From Acidimicrobiia bacterium (GTDB taxonomy: Bacteria > Actinomycetota > Acidimicrobiia > IMCC26256 > JACDBD01), in NCBI GenBank assembly GCA_051002235.1, contig JBPCMN010000023.1, positions 1,999 to 65,998 of the forward strand: 64,000 nucleotides of DNA, in the 5' to 3' direction. Below, one piece after another: positions 38,712 to 48,845 of the stretch. Each line of letters opens with the position of its first letter. The stretch's first letter is position 1. The translations under genes and the position numbers were made by a program. The notes under the pieces are model-generated. The model ran no database searches and was not told where the DNA came from. It saw only the letters and a program-made list of their open reading frames with translations.

Positions 38712-39553
38712 GCAACGACCTCGCGGCTCAGGAGCGACTGGAGTTCGGTGTCGTCCTCGCGCCCGACCAGGCGCAGCGCGGCAACGGCTCCGGCGCGGTA
38801 AGCGGCGCGCTCCCCCGGCGGCAGCGCGTCGAGATGGGCGGCGACGGTGGCGACGTCACCGCGCGCCACCGGACCGGTGACGGCACCGGCGGTGCCGAGG
38901 TCGTCGACGTTGCCGAGCGTCGCCCGCACCAACGGCAGGAATGCTTCGAAGGGCACGCCGGCGTTTGCGGCGAGCCGCTCGACCTGGCCCAGCAGGGCCA
39001 CGAGGTGGTTGGAAGCGACGCAGGCCGTGGCGTGGTAGCGCACCCGGTCGGCGGCGTCGACTCGGAACGGGCGCATCCCCAGCGTGAGCGCGATCCGCTC
39101 GACCGAGTCGGGGCCGTCGATCGCGCACCACGACCCGGGGAGGCGGGCTCGCCCGACCTCACCCGACGGGAGTGACTGGAGTGGGTGCAGCGAGCCCACC
39201 GCGACCTCGGGCCGGGCGAGCAGCAGGTCATCGAACTCGTGCAGCGTGCGCGCGCCCGAGAGATGGAGGACCAGCGCACCCTCGCGCAGCGACGGTGCCA
39301 GGCCGGCCGCGGCGCCGGCAATCGCGGTGTCGGGCGTGGCCACGATCACGAGGTCGGCGTCCCGACCGGCGTCGGAGGCGGGAACGGGACGAGCGTCGAG
39401 CGCGACCGCCACCCGCCGGGTCGACTCGGCCTCGGGCGAACGGCCGGCGACGGCGGTCACCGTCCACCCACGCGCGACCAGCGCGAGCGAAAGGGCGGTG
39501 CCGGCCCGGCCGGGCCCCACGATCGCGAGGCGCCCGGGACTGTTGTCGTCCAC
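38708..39553 (-). CDS. Rossmann-fold / DUF2520-type oxidoreductase-like protein
   Basis: N-terminal LAIVGPGRAGTAL dinucleotide-binding motif. Coupled (GTGA) to panC, the usual position of DUF2520 proteins in pantothenate clusters. Confidence 0.65.
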
Positions 39554-39592
39554 GTCGAACCTTTCGTTCCGGGCCCGTCACCGGGTCCCGGA

Positions 39593-40084
39593 CTACTGAG
39601 TCGCTGGCAGGCTCAACAATAGTGTGGTCCGCTCCACCCCTCGCCACCCGCCGCGGGGCACGACCGCCAGGGCGGGGTCGAGGTCGGCCAGCGGGGCGAG
39701 CACGAAGTGGCGCTCGAACAGGCGCTCGTGCGGGACCACCAGGTCGGGCTCGTTCACCAGCTCGTGGCCGACCAGGACGATGTCGATGTCGAGCGGCCGG
39801 GGGCCCCAGCGCTCCCCCGCCGGATCCCGGCCTGCGTCGCCCTCCAGGCGCTTGGCGACGTCGAGCAGGTCGCGCGGCGAGAGGGTGGTGTCGACAGCCA
39901 CGACCGCGTTGAGGTACTCGCCCTGGGGCGGCCCGCCCACCGGCTCGGTCTCGTAGACCGGCGACACGTCCGCCACCTTCACGCCCGGCGTCGCGCCGAG
40001 GCCATCGATCGCGTCCTGGAGGAGCACCAGACGATCGCCCTCGTTCGAGCCCAGACCCAGGTAGGCGCGGCGGGGGGCGCTCAT
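39593..40084 (-). CDS. folK: 2-amino-4-hydroxy-6-hydroxymethyldihydropteridine diphosphokinase
   Basis: Track ORF trimmed to MSAPRRAYLGLGSNEGDR... It contains YETEPVG, RWGPRPLDIDIV and the motif PHERLFERHFVLAPL. Confidence 0.9.
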   Translation of the reverse strand: MSAPRRAYLGLGSNEGDRLVLLQDAIDGLGATPGVKVADVSPVYETEPVGGPPQGEYLNAVVAVDTTLSPRDLLDVAKRLEGDAGRDPAGERWGPRPLDIDIVLVGHELVNEPDLVVPHERLFERHFVLAPLADLDPALAVVPRGGWRGVERTTLLLSLPATQ

Positions 40085-40434
40085 CGCTCGACCCGGACCG
40101 CGACGTGGTCGACCATCGCCCGTACCGGGGGATGCAGTTTGCGCACGGTGACCGTGACCGCCGTGACCCGCGGGTCGGACTTGCACACCTCCGCGATGCG
40201 CGACGCGAGCCGCTCCAGCAGGTGATACTGCTCTGACTTGACCACCCGGCTGACGGCTTCGGAGACGGCGGAGTAGTCGACGGTGTCGTCGAGCGCATCG
40301 CTCTCACCCGGCTCGGCCAGGTCGACGGTGAGCTCGACATCGACCTCGAAGGGTTGGGGGCGCGTCTGCTCCTCGGGGAGCACGCCGTGCACTCCGAGCT
40401 CGCGCAGCCCGGCGATGACGATGCGGTCGTTCAT
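40081..40434 (-). CDS. folB: Dihydroneopterin aldolase
   Basis: MNDRIVIAGLRELGVHGVLPEEQTRPQPFEVDVEL...DDTVDYSAV is FolB-typical. Start set at the internal ATG. Confidence 0.85.
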   Translation of the reverse strand: MNDRIVIAGLRELGVHGVLPEEQTRPQPFEVDVELTVDLAEPGESDALDDTVDYSAVSEAVSRVVKSEQYHLLERLASRIAEVCKSDPRVTAVTVTVRKLHPPVRAMVDHVAVRVER

Positions 40435-40521
40435 TCGGTGCTGACTCGCCTCGGGAGGACGTCGGGGGAGGACCACTGTACCCGGGGACGACGCGTTTCG
40501 ATCACGCGCCTTAGCTACGGA

Positions 40522-41037
40522 TCAGGTGGCGCGAAGGATCTCCTCGTCGAGGGTGACAGCAACGATCTCGCGTCCGATCGAGCCGAGTTGGCGGCCGGTG
40601 ATCCGTTCCATGATGACGATCGCGTGCGGTCCCTCGCTCACGAGGCCGGTGTAGAGCAGGTACCCCGCCATCACGCCGAGGATGCGGTCACCGAACTCCT
40701 CGTGGTGCACGAGCACGCGCTCGAGGGGATGGTCGAGCCAGCCTGCGATGGTGGAGTAGATCGTGCCGAGTCGCTCGCCCATCTCGTCGTGGCGGCCCAG
40801 CGGCTCATGCTCGTACGCGATCTCCGCTTCCTCGTAGGCGTGGAGGTTGTGGGTCGAGTCGAGCAGCGACAGCACATGGGTGAAGTCGTGGCCCGCGAGC
40901 CAGATGAGCTCCTCCTGGCGTCGGACCTTGCGGTGGTTGCGGGCGAACCCCCCGGGCCGCTCCGACGCGGCGAGGCGGTCCTTGATGATCCAGGAGAAGT
41001 AGCGGGGCTCGAGACCTTGGGCCCAGCGGCCCCTCAC
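40522..41037 (-). CDS. Dual-specificity-phosphatase-fold protein lacking the catalytic Cys (P-loop VHHEEFGDR)
   Basis: 171 aa with the signature position VLVHHEEFGDRILGVMAGYLL versus canonical VHCxxGxxR(S/T)G. GTGA overlap with the folP stop. Confidence 0.5.
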   Translation of the reverse strand: MRGRWAQGLEPRYFSWIIKDRLAASERPGGFARNHRKVRRQEELIWLAGHDFTHVLSLLDSTHNLHAYEEAEIAYEHEPLGRHDEMGERLGTIYSTIAGWLDHPLERVLVHHEEFGDRILGVMAGYLLYTGLVSEGPHAIVIMERITGRQLGSIGREIVAVTLDEEILRAT

Positions 41038-41885
41038 GCAGCCGCCTCGGTCGTTCGCATAGCGTCGAGGAGTTGCACTGCGTGCGCGGCCGGGCGCGTT
41101 TCGTGCACCCGCACGACGCGGGCCCCCCGGTCGAGGGCGCAGACGACGGTCGCGAGCGTGCCCTCCTCGCGCTGATCGTCGGGCAGGTCGCGCCCGTCGG
41201 TCCCGAGCACCGCACCAATGAAGCGTTTGCGTGACGTCCCGACGAGGACGGGCACCTCGACCCGCGCCACCAGCTCGTGCAGTCGAGCCAGCAGCTCGAG
41301 GTTGTGGCGCACCGTCTTGCCGAAGCCGATCCCCGGATCGGCGGCGAGGGAGCTGTCGTCGATCCCGGCGGCGCGCCCGACCGCGAGCCGGTCGACCAGG
41401 AAGTCACCGACCTCGCTGACGACATCGTCGTAGCGCGGGTCGTCCTGCATGGTGCGGGGCTCGCCCAGCATGTGCATCGCGACATAGCCGGCGCCGGCGC
41501 CAGCCACGACCTCGAGGATCCGGGGGTCGAGGCGACCGGCGGAGACGTCGTTGACGATCGTCGCACCCGCCTCGATCGCCGCTGCCGCGACCTCGGCCTT
41601 GGTGGTGTCGACGCTCACCGGCACCCCCGACTCGGCCGCGAGACGTTCGATCACCGGCACGACTCGTCGGCGCTCGTCACCGGCGGGGACGGGCTCGGCG
41701 CCGGGACGGGTCGACTCACCGCCGACGTCGAGGAGATCGGCTCCGTCGGCGACGAGCTCGAGGCCGTGGGCGACGGCTCGGCCGGGGTCGAACCAGCGGC
41801 CGCCGTCGGAGAACGAGTCGGGGGTCACGTTCACGACCCCCATTACCGCTGGTCGCGCCCCGCACACGTCCCCCCAGGTGAACAC
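41034..41885 (-). CDS. folP: Dihydropteroate synthase
   Basis: VMGVVNVTPDSFSDGG and DVGGESTRPG are FolP signatures. Confidence 0.9.
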   Translation of the reverse strand: MFTWGDVCGARPAVMGVVNVTPDSFSDGGRWFDPGRAVAHGLELVADGADLLDVGGESTRPGAEPVPAGDERRRVVPVIERLAAESGVPVSVDTTKAEVAAAAIEAGATIVNDVSAGRLDPRILEVVAGAGAGYVAMHMLGEPRTMQDDPRYDDVVSEVGDFLVDRLAVGRAAGIDDSSLAADPGIGFGKTVRHNLELLARLHELVARVEVPVLVGTSRKRFIGAVLGTDGRDLPDDQREEGTLATVVCALDRGARVVRVHETRPAAHAVQLLDAMRTTEAAA

Positions 41886-41936
41886 GGGCCGCAGCGTACC
41901 GTCGGTCTCAGTCGACTTCCGGCGGCGGGGAGGCGG

Positions 41937-42230
41937 TTATGGAAGGTTTGTGAGCGGGTCCGGGTACCCGCGCACCGCCCGGAGGCAGCGCTCGATCGCC
42001 TCTTCCTCGCTGGAGATTGCCCGGCACGCCTCGAGCGCCTCGGGCGAAGGAGCCAGGACGTCCTCGGCGCCGGGGCGCTCGCGCCCATCGGGCAAAGGGG
42101 GACGGCCCGGCAAATCCTCGCCGCCAGGACCTTCTACCCCGTTCGCCCCGTCACGAGGGCTGGAGTCGCACCCGACCCCGAGCACGACCAACACCACGAG
42201 CCCGACGACGACCCGGCGCATCACCCTCAC
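41937..42230 (-). CDS. Small putative lipoprotein (about 94-97 aa)
   Basis: N-terminus MRRVVVGLVVLVVLGVGC (signal plus lipobox) and high GC3 codon usage. I recognise no family. Confidence 0.4.
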   Translation of the reverse strand: MRVMRRVVVGLVVLVVLGVGCDSSPRDGANGVEGPGGEDLPGRPPLPDGRERPGAEDVLAPSPEALEACRAISSEEEAIERCLRAVRGYPDPLTNLP

Positions 42231-42266
42231 GGTAGAGGAACGCCGACGGCGGGTCGGGGGTTCCGC

Positions 42267-42898
42267 CTACGGACGCAGCCCAGGCTGGCCCACGAAGCTC
42301 ATCGCCTCCGCCCGGGTGGCGGGGTTGTCCTTGAAGATCCCCCGCACCGCCGACGTGATCGTGAGCGAGCCGGGCTTCTTGACCCCCCGCATCGTCATGC
42401 AGAGATGCTCGGCCTCGATCACGACGAACACTCCGAGCGGGTCGAGAGCCCTCATGAGCGCGTCGGCGATCTGGGTCGTGAGCCGCTCCTGCACCTGGGG
42501 GCGTCTGGCGAACCCGTCCACCAGCCGGGCCAGCTTCGACAAGCCGGTGATGCGGCCGTCGTCGCCCGGGATGTATGCCACATGCGCACGACCGGCGAAT
42601 GGAACGAGGTGATGTTCACAGTGACTCACCAGCGGGATGTCGCGCACCATGACCATCTCGTCGTGCTCGGCCTCGAACGTGGTGACGAGGTGACGGGAGG
42701 GATCGTCGTGGAGGCCGGCGAAGATCTCCTCGTACATGTCGGCGATGCGCCGGGGCGTGAAGCGCAGCCCGTCGCGATCCGGGTCTTCGCCGATCGCCTC
42801 GAGGATCTCGCGCACCGCCTGCTCGACCCGCGGTTTGTCGATCGCACCGGTCGGCTCGGCCTCGCCGGCGGGGGTGACGGCGTGGAGCGGCTGCTCGG

Positions 42899-42902
<4 letters not shown>
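42267..42902 (-). CDS. folE: GTP cyclohydrolase I
   Basis: Start set at GTG 42900-42902 (GTGA overlap with the ftsH stop). Contains [10 protein letters not shown] and [12 protein letters not shown]. Confidence 0.9.
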
Positions 42903-44788
<1,886 letters not shown>

Positions 44789-44853
44789 GCGTTCTCCAGG
44801 CGGGACGGGCTTTCTAGGTTACCCGCGGTCCTGGCGGGTTGGTCATGTTCGTG

Positions 44854-45399
44854 TCACTCGGCGTCGGGACCGGTGTATTCGATGATGTACGGCAGGTTCC
44901 GGTAGCGCTGGCCGACGTCGAGGCCGTAACCGACGACGAAGTCCGGCGGAATCCGGAAACCCACGTACTTGATGTCGGGATCGACCTTCTGGAGGCCCTC
45001 CTTGAGGAGGAGCGCGCAGACTTCGAGTGACGCCGGGCCCCGGGCGGCCAGGTTCTTGCGCAGGTAGGCGAGGGTGAGGCCCGAGTCGACGATGTCCTCG
45101 ACGATCAGGACGTGGCGCTCCGAGAGGTCGAGGTCGAGGTCCATGAGGATCCGCACCACCCCGCTCGTCCGGGTGGCGGAGCCGTACGACGCGACCGACA
45201 TGAAGTCGAACTCGACGGGGAGGTCGACCGCTCGGGCGAGGTCGCTCATGAACATGAACGCCCCCTTCAGCACCCCCACCAGGAGCACCGGCCGACCGGC
45301 GTAGTCGGACGTGAGCTCCTTGCCGAGCTCGCGCACGCGCTGCTGGAGCTCGTCTTCGGTGACGACGATCCGGCCGAGGTGGGGATCGTCCTCCTTCAT
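44854..45399 (-). CDS. hpt: Hypoxanthine phosphoribosyltransferase
   Basis: PRPP motif VLIVEDIVDSGLTL and Hpt-like length. Confidence 0.9.
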   Translation of the reverse strand: MKEDDPHLGRIVVTEDELQQRVRELGKELTSDYAGRPVLLVGVLKGAFMFMSDLARAVDLPVEFDFMSVASYGSATRTSGVVRILMDLDLDLSERHVLIVEDIVDSGLTLAYLRKNLAARGPASLEVCALLLKEGLQKVDPDIKYVGFRIPPDFVVGYGLDVGQRYRNLPYIIEYTGPDAE

Positions 45400-45518
45400 G
45401 GGTCACTCCGCTCCGCCGTCCCGCTCATCCGAGCACGGCTCCGCTTCGCTCCGGCCTCATGGGTCACTCCGCTCCGCCGTCCCGCTCATCCGAGCACGGC
45501 TCCGCTTCGCTCCGACGC
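45397..45518. repeat. Perfect tandem duplication (period 61 nt, 56 identical nt per unit) spanning the tilS 3' end and the hpt start
   Basis: CATGGGTCACTCCGCTCCGCCGTCCCGCTCATCCGAGCACGGCTCCGCTTCGCTCCG occurs at 45397 and again at 45458. Confidence 0.9.
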
Positions 45519-46471
45519 ACGACCGGGCCGGGCGGCTCGGCGTGCAGCTGACCCCGGCTGCGGCGCACCCGCCGCCCGCCGAGCTCGGTGGCGCGGGCTT
45601 CACCCCGGGCGACCGCGAGTACGCGGTCGACCTCGTCGAGCGACGGGGGCGGCGGTCCCAGCCAGCACCGGACCGCCCGCCGCGCGAGCACCACCGACAT
45701 CGCCGCCAGCGACGCGGCGGGTGCGGTCCCGTCGCCCGGCGGCCAGGCGGCGCGGGCGAGCCCGTCCAGGAAGTCGGACTCGGCCCGCAGCACGTCGGCC
45801 TGGCGGGCGAGCAGGGCAACCAGGTCGCGACCGGCGGCGCGTTCGAGCGCCGGGATGATCTCCCGCCGCAGCCGCACCCGCCGGAACCCGAGGTCGGCGT
45901 TCATCGGATCCTCGAAGGGGCTGAGGTCGACGCGAACGCACACCTCACTCGTGTCCACGCGTCGGAGCGCGAGGAGCGGCCGCACGATGTGGCCGCGCCG
46001 CCCGGGCATGCCGCCGAGCCCGGCGGTCGCGCTGCCCCGCAGCAGGTTGAGTAGGACGGTCTCGGCCTGGTCGTCGGCGGTGTGCCCTACGAGCACCACG
46101 GTTGCGCCGAGCGCGTCACGCGCCCGCTCGAGCGCCTCGTACCGGGCGTCGCGGGCGCGGGCCTCGAGGTTGGCGCCGGCCTCGACCGTGACCCGCTCGG
46201 AGTGGAAGCCGGCGCCGAGGCGCTCGGCGGCACGGGCAACCAGAGCCGCCTCGGCCTCACTGCCGGCGCGGAGGCCGTGGTCGACGTGCACCGCGATGGG
46301 CGCGAGGCCGGCGTCGACCGCCAGCGCCAGCAGAGCAAGCGAGTCGGGCCCGCCCGAGCAGGCCACCACGACGGGCGCGTCGACGCCGTCGAGGTCGCGC
46401 AGCCGCGCCCGCCACGGCGCGAGCACCGCGGAGGCGAGCGCCTCGGGGCCGAGAGGCGGCGGCGCGCTCAC
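45464..46471 (-). CDS. tilS: tRNA(Ile)-lysidine synthetase
   Basis: PP-loop VACSGGPDSLAL. Synteny tilS-hpt-ftsH. Confidence 0.85.
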   Translation of the reverse strand: MSAPPPLGPEALASAVLAPWRARLRDLDGVDAPVVVACSGGPDSLALLALAVDAGLAPIAVHVDHGLRAGSEAEAALVARAAERLGAGFHSERVTVEAGANLEARARDARYEALERARDALGATVVLVGHTADDQAETVLLNLLRGSATAGLGGMPGRRGHIVRPLLALRRVDTSEVCVRVDLSPFEDPMNADLGFRRVRLRREIIPALERAAGRDLVALLARQADVLRAESDFLDGLARAAWPPGDGTAPAASLAAMSVVLARRAVRCWLGPPPPSLDEVDRVLAVARGEARATELGGRRVRRSRGQLHAEPPGPVVRRSEAEPCSDERDGGAE

Positions 46472-47259
46472 GACCGCGAGCCGCCGACGACCGGACCAGT
46501 ATCGGGCCCGAGCAGAGCGCCCTGGCGGAGGAGGGCGAGGAGCTCGTTGGTGCCCTTGAGCCCGAGCTTGCGGGCGATGCGACGCAGGCTCGCGTACACG
46601 TTGCTCCGACTCATTCCGAGCTGTTGGGCGACGCCGGTGACGGGCATGCTGGTGGCGAGCGCCTCGAGCAGCTGACGCTGCTTCGCCGAGAGCTCCGAGA
46701 TCCTCTCGCGGGCATTGCGCAGCCGCGGCGACGGACTCGACGAGCTGGGCGCGTGCTCGAGCCGGGTGAGACGCACCCGCGGCCCGGGCGTGGTCGCGGG
46801 CTCGCCCCCGCCGGCCGTTTCGCGGCGAGCGACCTCCTCGAGCGCGGACTGCTGCACCGCGCGCCTCTGCTGCGGCTCCGGCGGCGCGCTCGGCGCGAGC
46901 GCATCGCCGAGCATCTCGACGAGCTTCGCCGGGTCGAACGGCTTGGTGATGTACCGCAGCGCACCCTCGATGCCGCCCCGGAGCCGGTTCTGGGGCTCGG
47001 TGCGCGCCGTGATCATGAACACGGGGATCTCGGACAAGTCCCGGCCCGAGCGCGACTTAAGCTGGTCGAGGACGGCCCAGCCGTCGACGTCGGGCATCAT
47101 CAGGTCGAGCAGGATGGCGTCGGGCGCTTCGCGCTGGACCGCCTCGAGCGCCTCTCTCCCGTCAGCCGCGGTGGCGACGCGGTACCCGGCGAGCTCGAGG
47201 TTCATCTGGATCAGCTCGCGAATGTCGGGTTCGTCGTCGACGACGAGAACCAGAGCCAT
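46468..47259 (-). CDS. Orphan response regulator (REC domain, long linker, LuxR/GerE-type HTH)
   Basis: REC: LVVDDEPDIRELI...ILLDLMMPDVDGW...ITKPFD. HTH: LSAKQRQLLEALATSMPVTGVAQQLGMSRSNVYASLRRIARKLG. GTGA overlap with the tilS start. Confidence 0.8.
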   Translation of the reverse strand: MALVLVVDDEPDIRELIQMNLELAGYRVATAADGREALEAVQREAPDAILLDLMMPDVDGWAVLDQLKSRSGRDLSEIPVFMITARTEPQNRLRGGIEGALRYITKPFDPAKLVEMLGDALAPSAPPEPQQRRAVQQSALEEVARRETAGGGEPATTPGPRVRLTRLEHAPSSSSPSPRLRNARERISELSAKQRQLLEALATSMPVTGVAQQLGMSRSNVYASLRRIARKLGLKGTNELLALLRQGALLGPDTGPVVGGSRS

Positions 47260-47261
47260 CC

Positions 47262-47597
47262 CTACCCGTTCATCGTCACGGCTGGTCGCGGCGGCCGCGG
47301 CGGGCCAGCTCGACCACCGCGGCCTGCTGGACCCGTCGGCGCTGCTCGGGCTCTGTCGGGGCGCCCGGGCCGATGGCGTCGGCGACCATGTCCGGGAGCT
47401 TGGTCGAATGGCTTGGTGATGCAGCGGAGCGCTGCCGCCCCGCAGGCGGTTCTGGCATCGGGGGACTCCCGCTCCACCGCCGCCAGCGCCTGCTTTCCGT
47501 CCACCGCGGTGATGACTCGGTACCCGACCATCTCCAGGTTCAGCTGGATCAACTCACGGATGTCGGGCTCGTCGTCGACGACCAGCACGAGCGGCAC
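47262..47597 (-). pseudogene. Decayed tandem paralog of the response regulator (internal deletion plus frameshift, no HTH)
   Basis: MPLVLVVDDEPDIRELIQLNLEMVGYRVITAVDGKQALAAVERESPDA then jumps to ALRCITKPFD, so the phospho-acceptor Asp region is missing. The linker homology KLPDMVADAIGPGAPTEPEQRRRVQQAAVVELARR continues in a different frame (track ORF 47276..47458). Confidence 0.6.
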
Positions 47598-47646
47598 GGT
47601 TTGAGGCTACCGGCAGGGGTGCCATCCCGCGACGTGTCTCGTAAGT

Positions 47647-47728
47647 CGCGCGGGAGCGGCGAGGCGGCCCGGAGGGCGCGGCCGGCCAGCCCTATCGAGG
47701 ATGGCCCGGCCGCCGAGCGAGCGCGACC
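47647..47728 (-). repeat. Repeat family 1, copy C (same flanks, different internal segment)
   Basis: On the minus strand: GGTCGCGCTCGCT, then about 50 nt of GC-rich imperfect hairpin, then CGCCGCTCCCGCGC. It starts 11 nt after the stop of the upstream gene, as in copy A. Confidence 0.45.
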
Positions 47729-47739
47729 AGGGAGGGAGG

Positions 47740-48843
47740 CTACTGATTGCTCGCGACTCCCGCGCCCACCCGCGCCAGCCAGTGCTCGGGGTCGGTCAGC
47801 TCCTCCGCGGTCGGCAACGACTCCAGACCGCGCCAGGCGGCATCGATCGCCCGGGGCCCGCCGGCGCGCTCGACCCCGGCCACGAACGCCTCCCCGATCT
47901 CGTACTGGCGCATCTTTGACTCGAGCCCCAGCAGCTTGTGCAGCACTCCCGCCACGCCGCGGGCGCGCCGGCGCGCCTGCAGGATCCGCGCCATGCGCTC
48001 CTGGCCACCCACGTGCTCGCGCCCCAACTCGTTCATGACGGCGTTGCCGTGTCCTTCGAGCAGCGACATGAGCGACTGCACTTCGGCCAGCACACCTCGC
48101 TGCTCGGTCGAGGCGAGCAGCCCGACCAGTCCGCCCTCGTCGAGCGGGTTGCGGCCGCGGCGGATCTCGTCGGCGGCGCGCATCACTGCTTGCATGAGGC
48201 GTCGGGGATCAGGGTCGACCATTGTGAGCGACCGTTCCACCAGCGAGAGGAAGTGGCCTTTGAGCCAGGGCACGCCGGTGAACTGGGCCCGGTGCGTCAC
48301 CTCGTGCAGGGCGATCCAGCGCCGGAAGTCGCGCGGCGGGAACGCGTAGCGCTTCTCGAGCACGAGGACGTTCGAGCCCACGTAGTAGACCGCGTCGCCG
48401 TCGCTCGGCGCCGCCTTCGCGTCATCCTCGCCGTCGGGGACGAGGAGGTCGTACTGGCCGAGCACGCGCTGGGCGAGGTACCCGAGCAGCACCCCCATCT
48501 CGGTGCCGGCGATGCGGCGGCCCACCGGTGCGATCGGGCTCTTGCCCATGCGTTCGCCGATGCGCGCGGTCAGCGGGGCCAGCATGCGCTGCATCGACGC
48601 GACGTTGGCGCTCACCCAGCCGCGGCGGTCGAGCACCTCGGCGCGGGCGGGCCCGGGCGCGCGCAGTCCGGTGTGGGCGGCGACGAGCTCCTCGGCCTCG
48701 GTCGTGACCGCGTCGAAGTCGGGACGCAGCGATCGGCTCAGGTACGACGACGCCAGCGGCTCGCGGCCGGCGAAGCGACGGGCGACGCGCTCGGCGAGGG
48801 CCCAGTCGACCGGGTCGGGACGCTCGGTGGCCGGCTCCGCCAC
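47740..48843 (-). CDS. Zinc-dependent metalloprotease, DUF2342 family
   Basis: DPVDWALAERVARRFAG at the N-terminus and HEVTHRAQF (HExxH) are typical of actinobacterial DUF2342 hydrolases. Confidence 0.75.
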   Translation of the reverse strand: MAEPATERPDPVDWALAERVARRFAGREPLASSYLSRSLRPDFDAVTTEAEELVAAHTGLRAPGPARAEVLDRRGWVSANVASMQRMLAPLTARIGERMGKSPIAPVGRRIAGTEMGVLLGYLAQRVLGQYDLLVPDGEDDAKAAPSDGDAVYYVGSNVLVLEKRYAFPPRDFRRWIALHEVTHRAQFTGVPWLKGHFLSLVERSLTMVDPDPRRLMQAVMRAADEIRRGRNPLDEGGLVGLLASTEQRGVLAEVQSLMSLLEGHGNAVMNELGREHVGGQERMARILQARRRARGVAGVLHKLLGLESKMRQYEIGEAFVAGVERAGGPRAIDAAWRGLESLPTAEELTDPEHWLARVGAGVASNQ

Positions 48844-48845
48844 CG

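Noticed and set aside
45401-45457. Weak resemblance of the duplicated unit (GGTCACTCCGCTCCGCCGTCCCGCTCATCC) to repeat family 1 (GGTCGCGCTCGCTTCGCTCGCCGCTCCCGCGCAACC)
   Set aside because: The alignment needs several gaps in low-complexity GC-rich sequence, and the segment is coding (tilS C-terminus). This is not strong enough to claim a fourth copy.
45397-45518. Possible CRISPR array or minisatellite
   Set aside because: There are only two units, they are directly abutting with no spacers, and the content is the duplicated tilS/hpt junction. No cas genes are present in the window.
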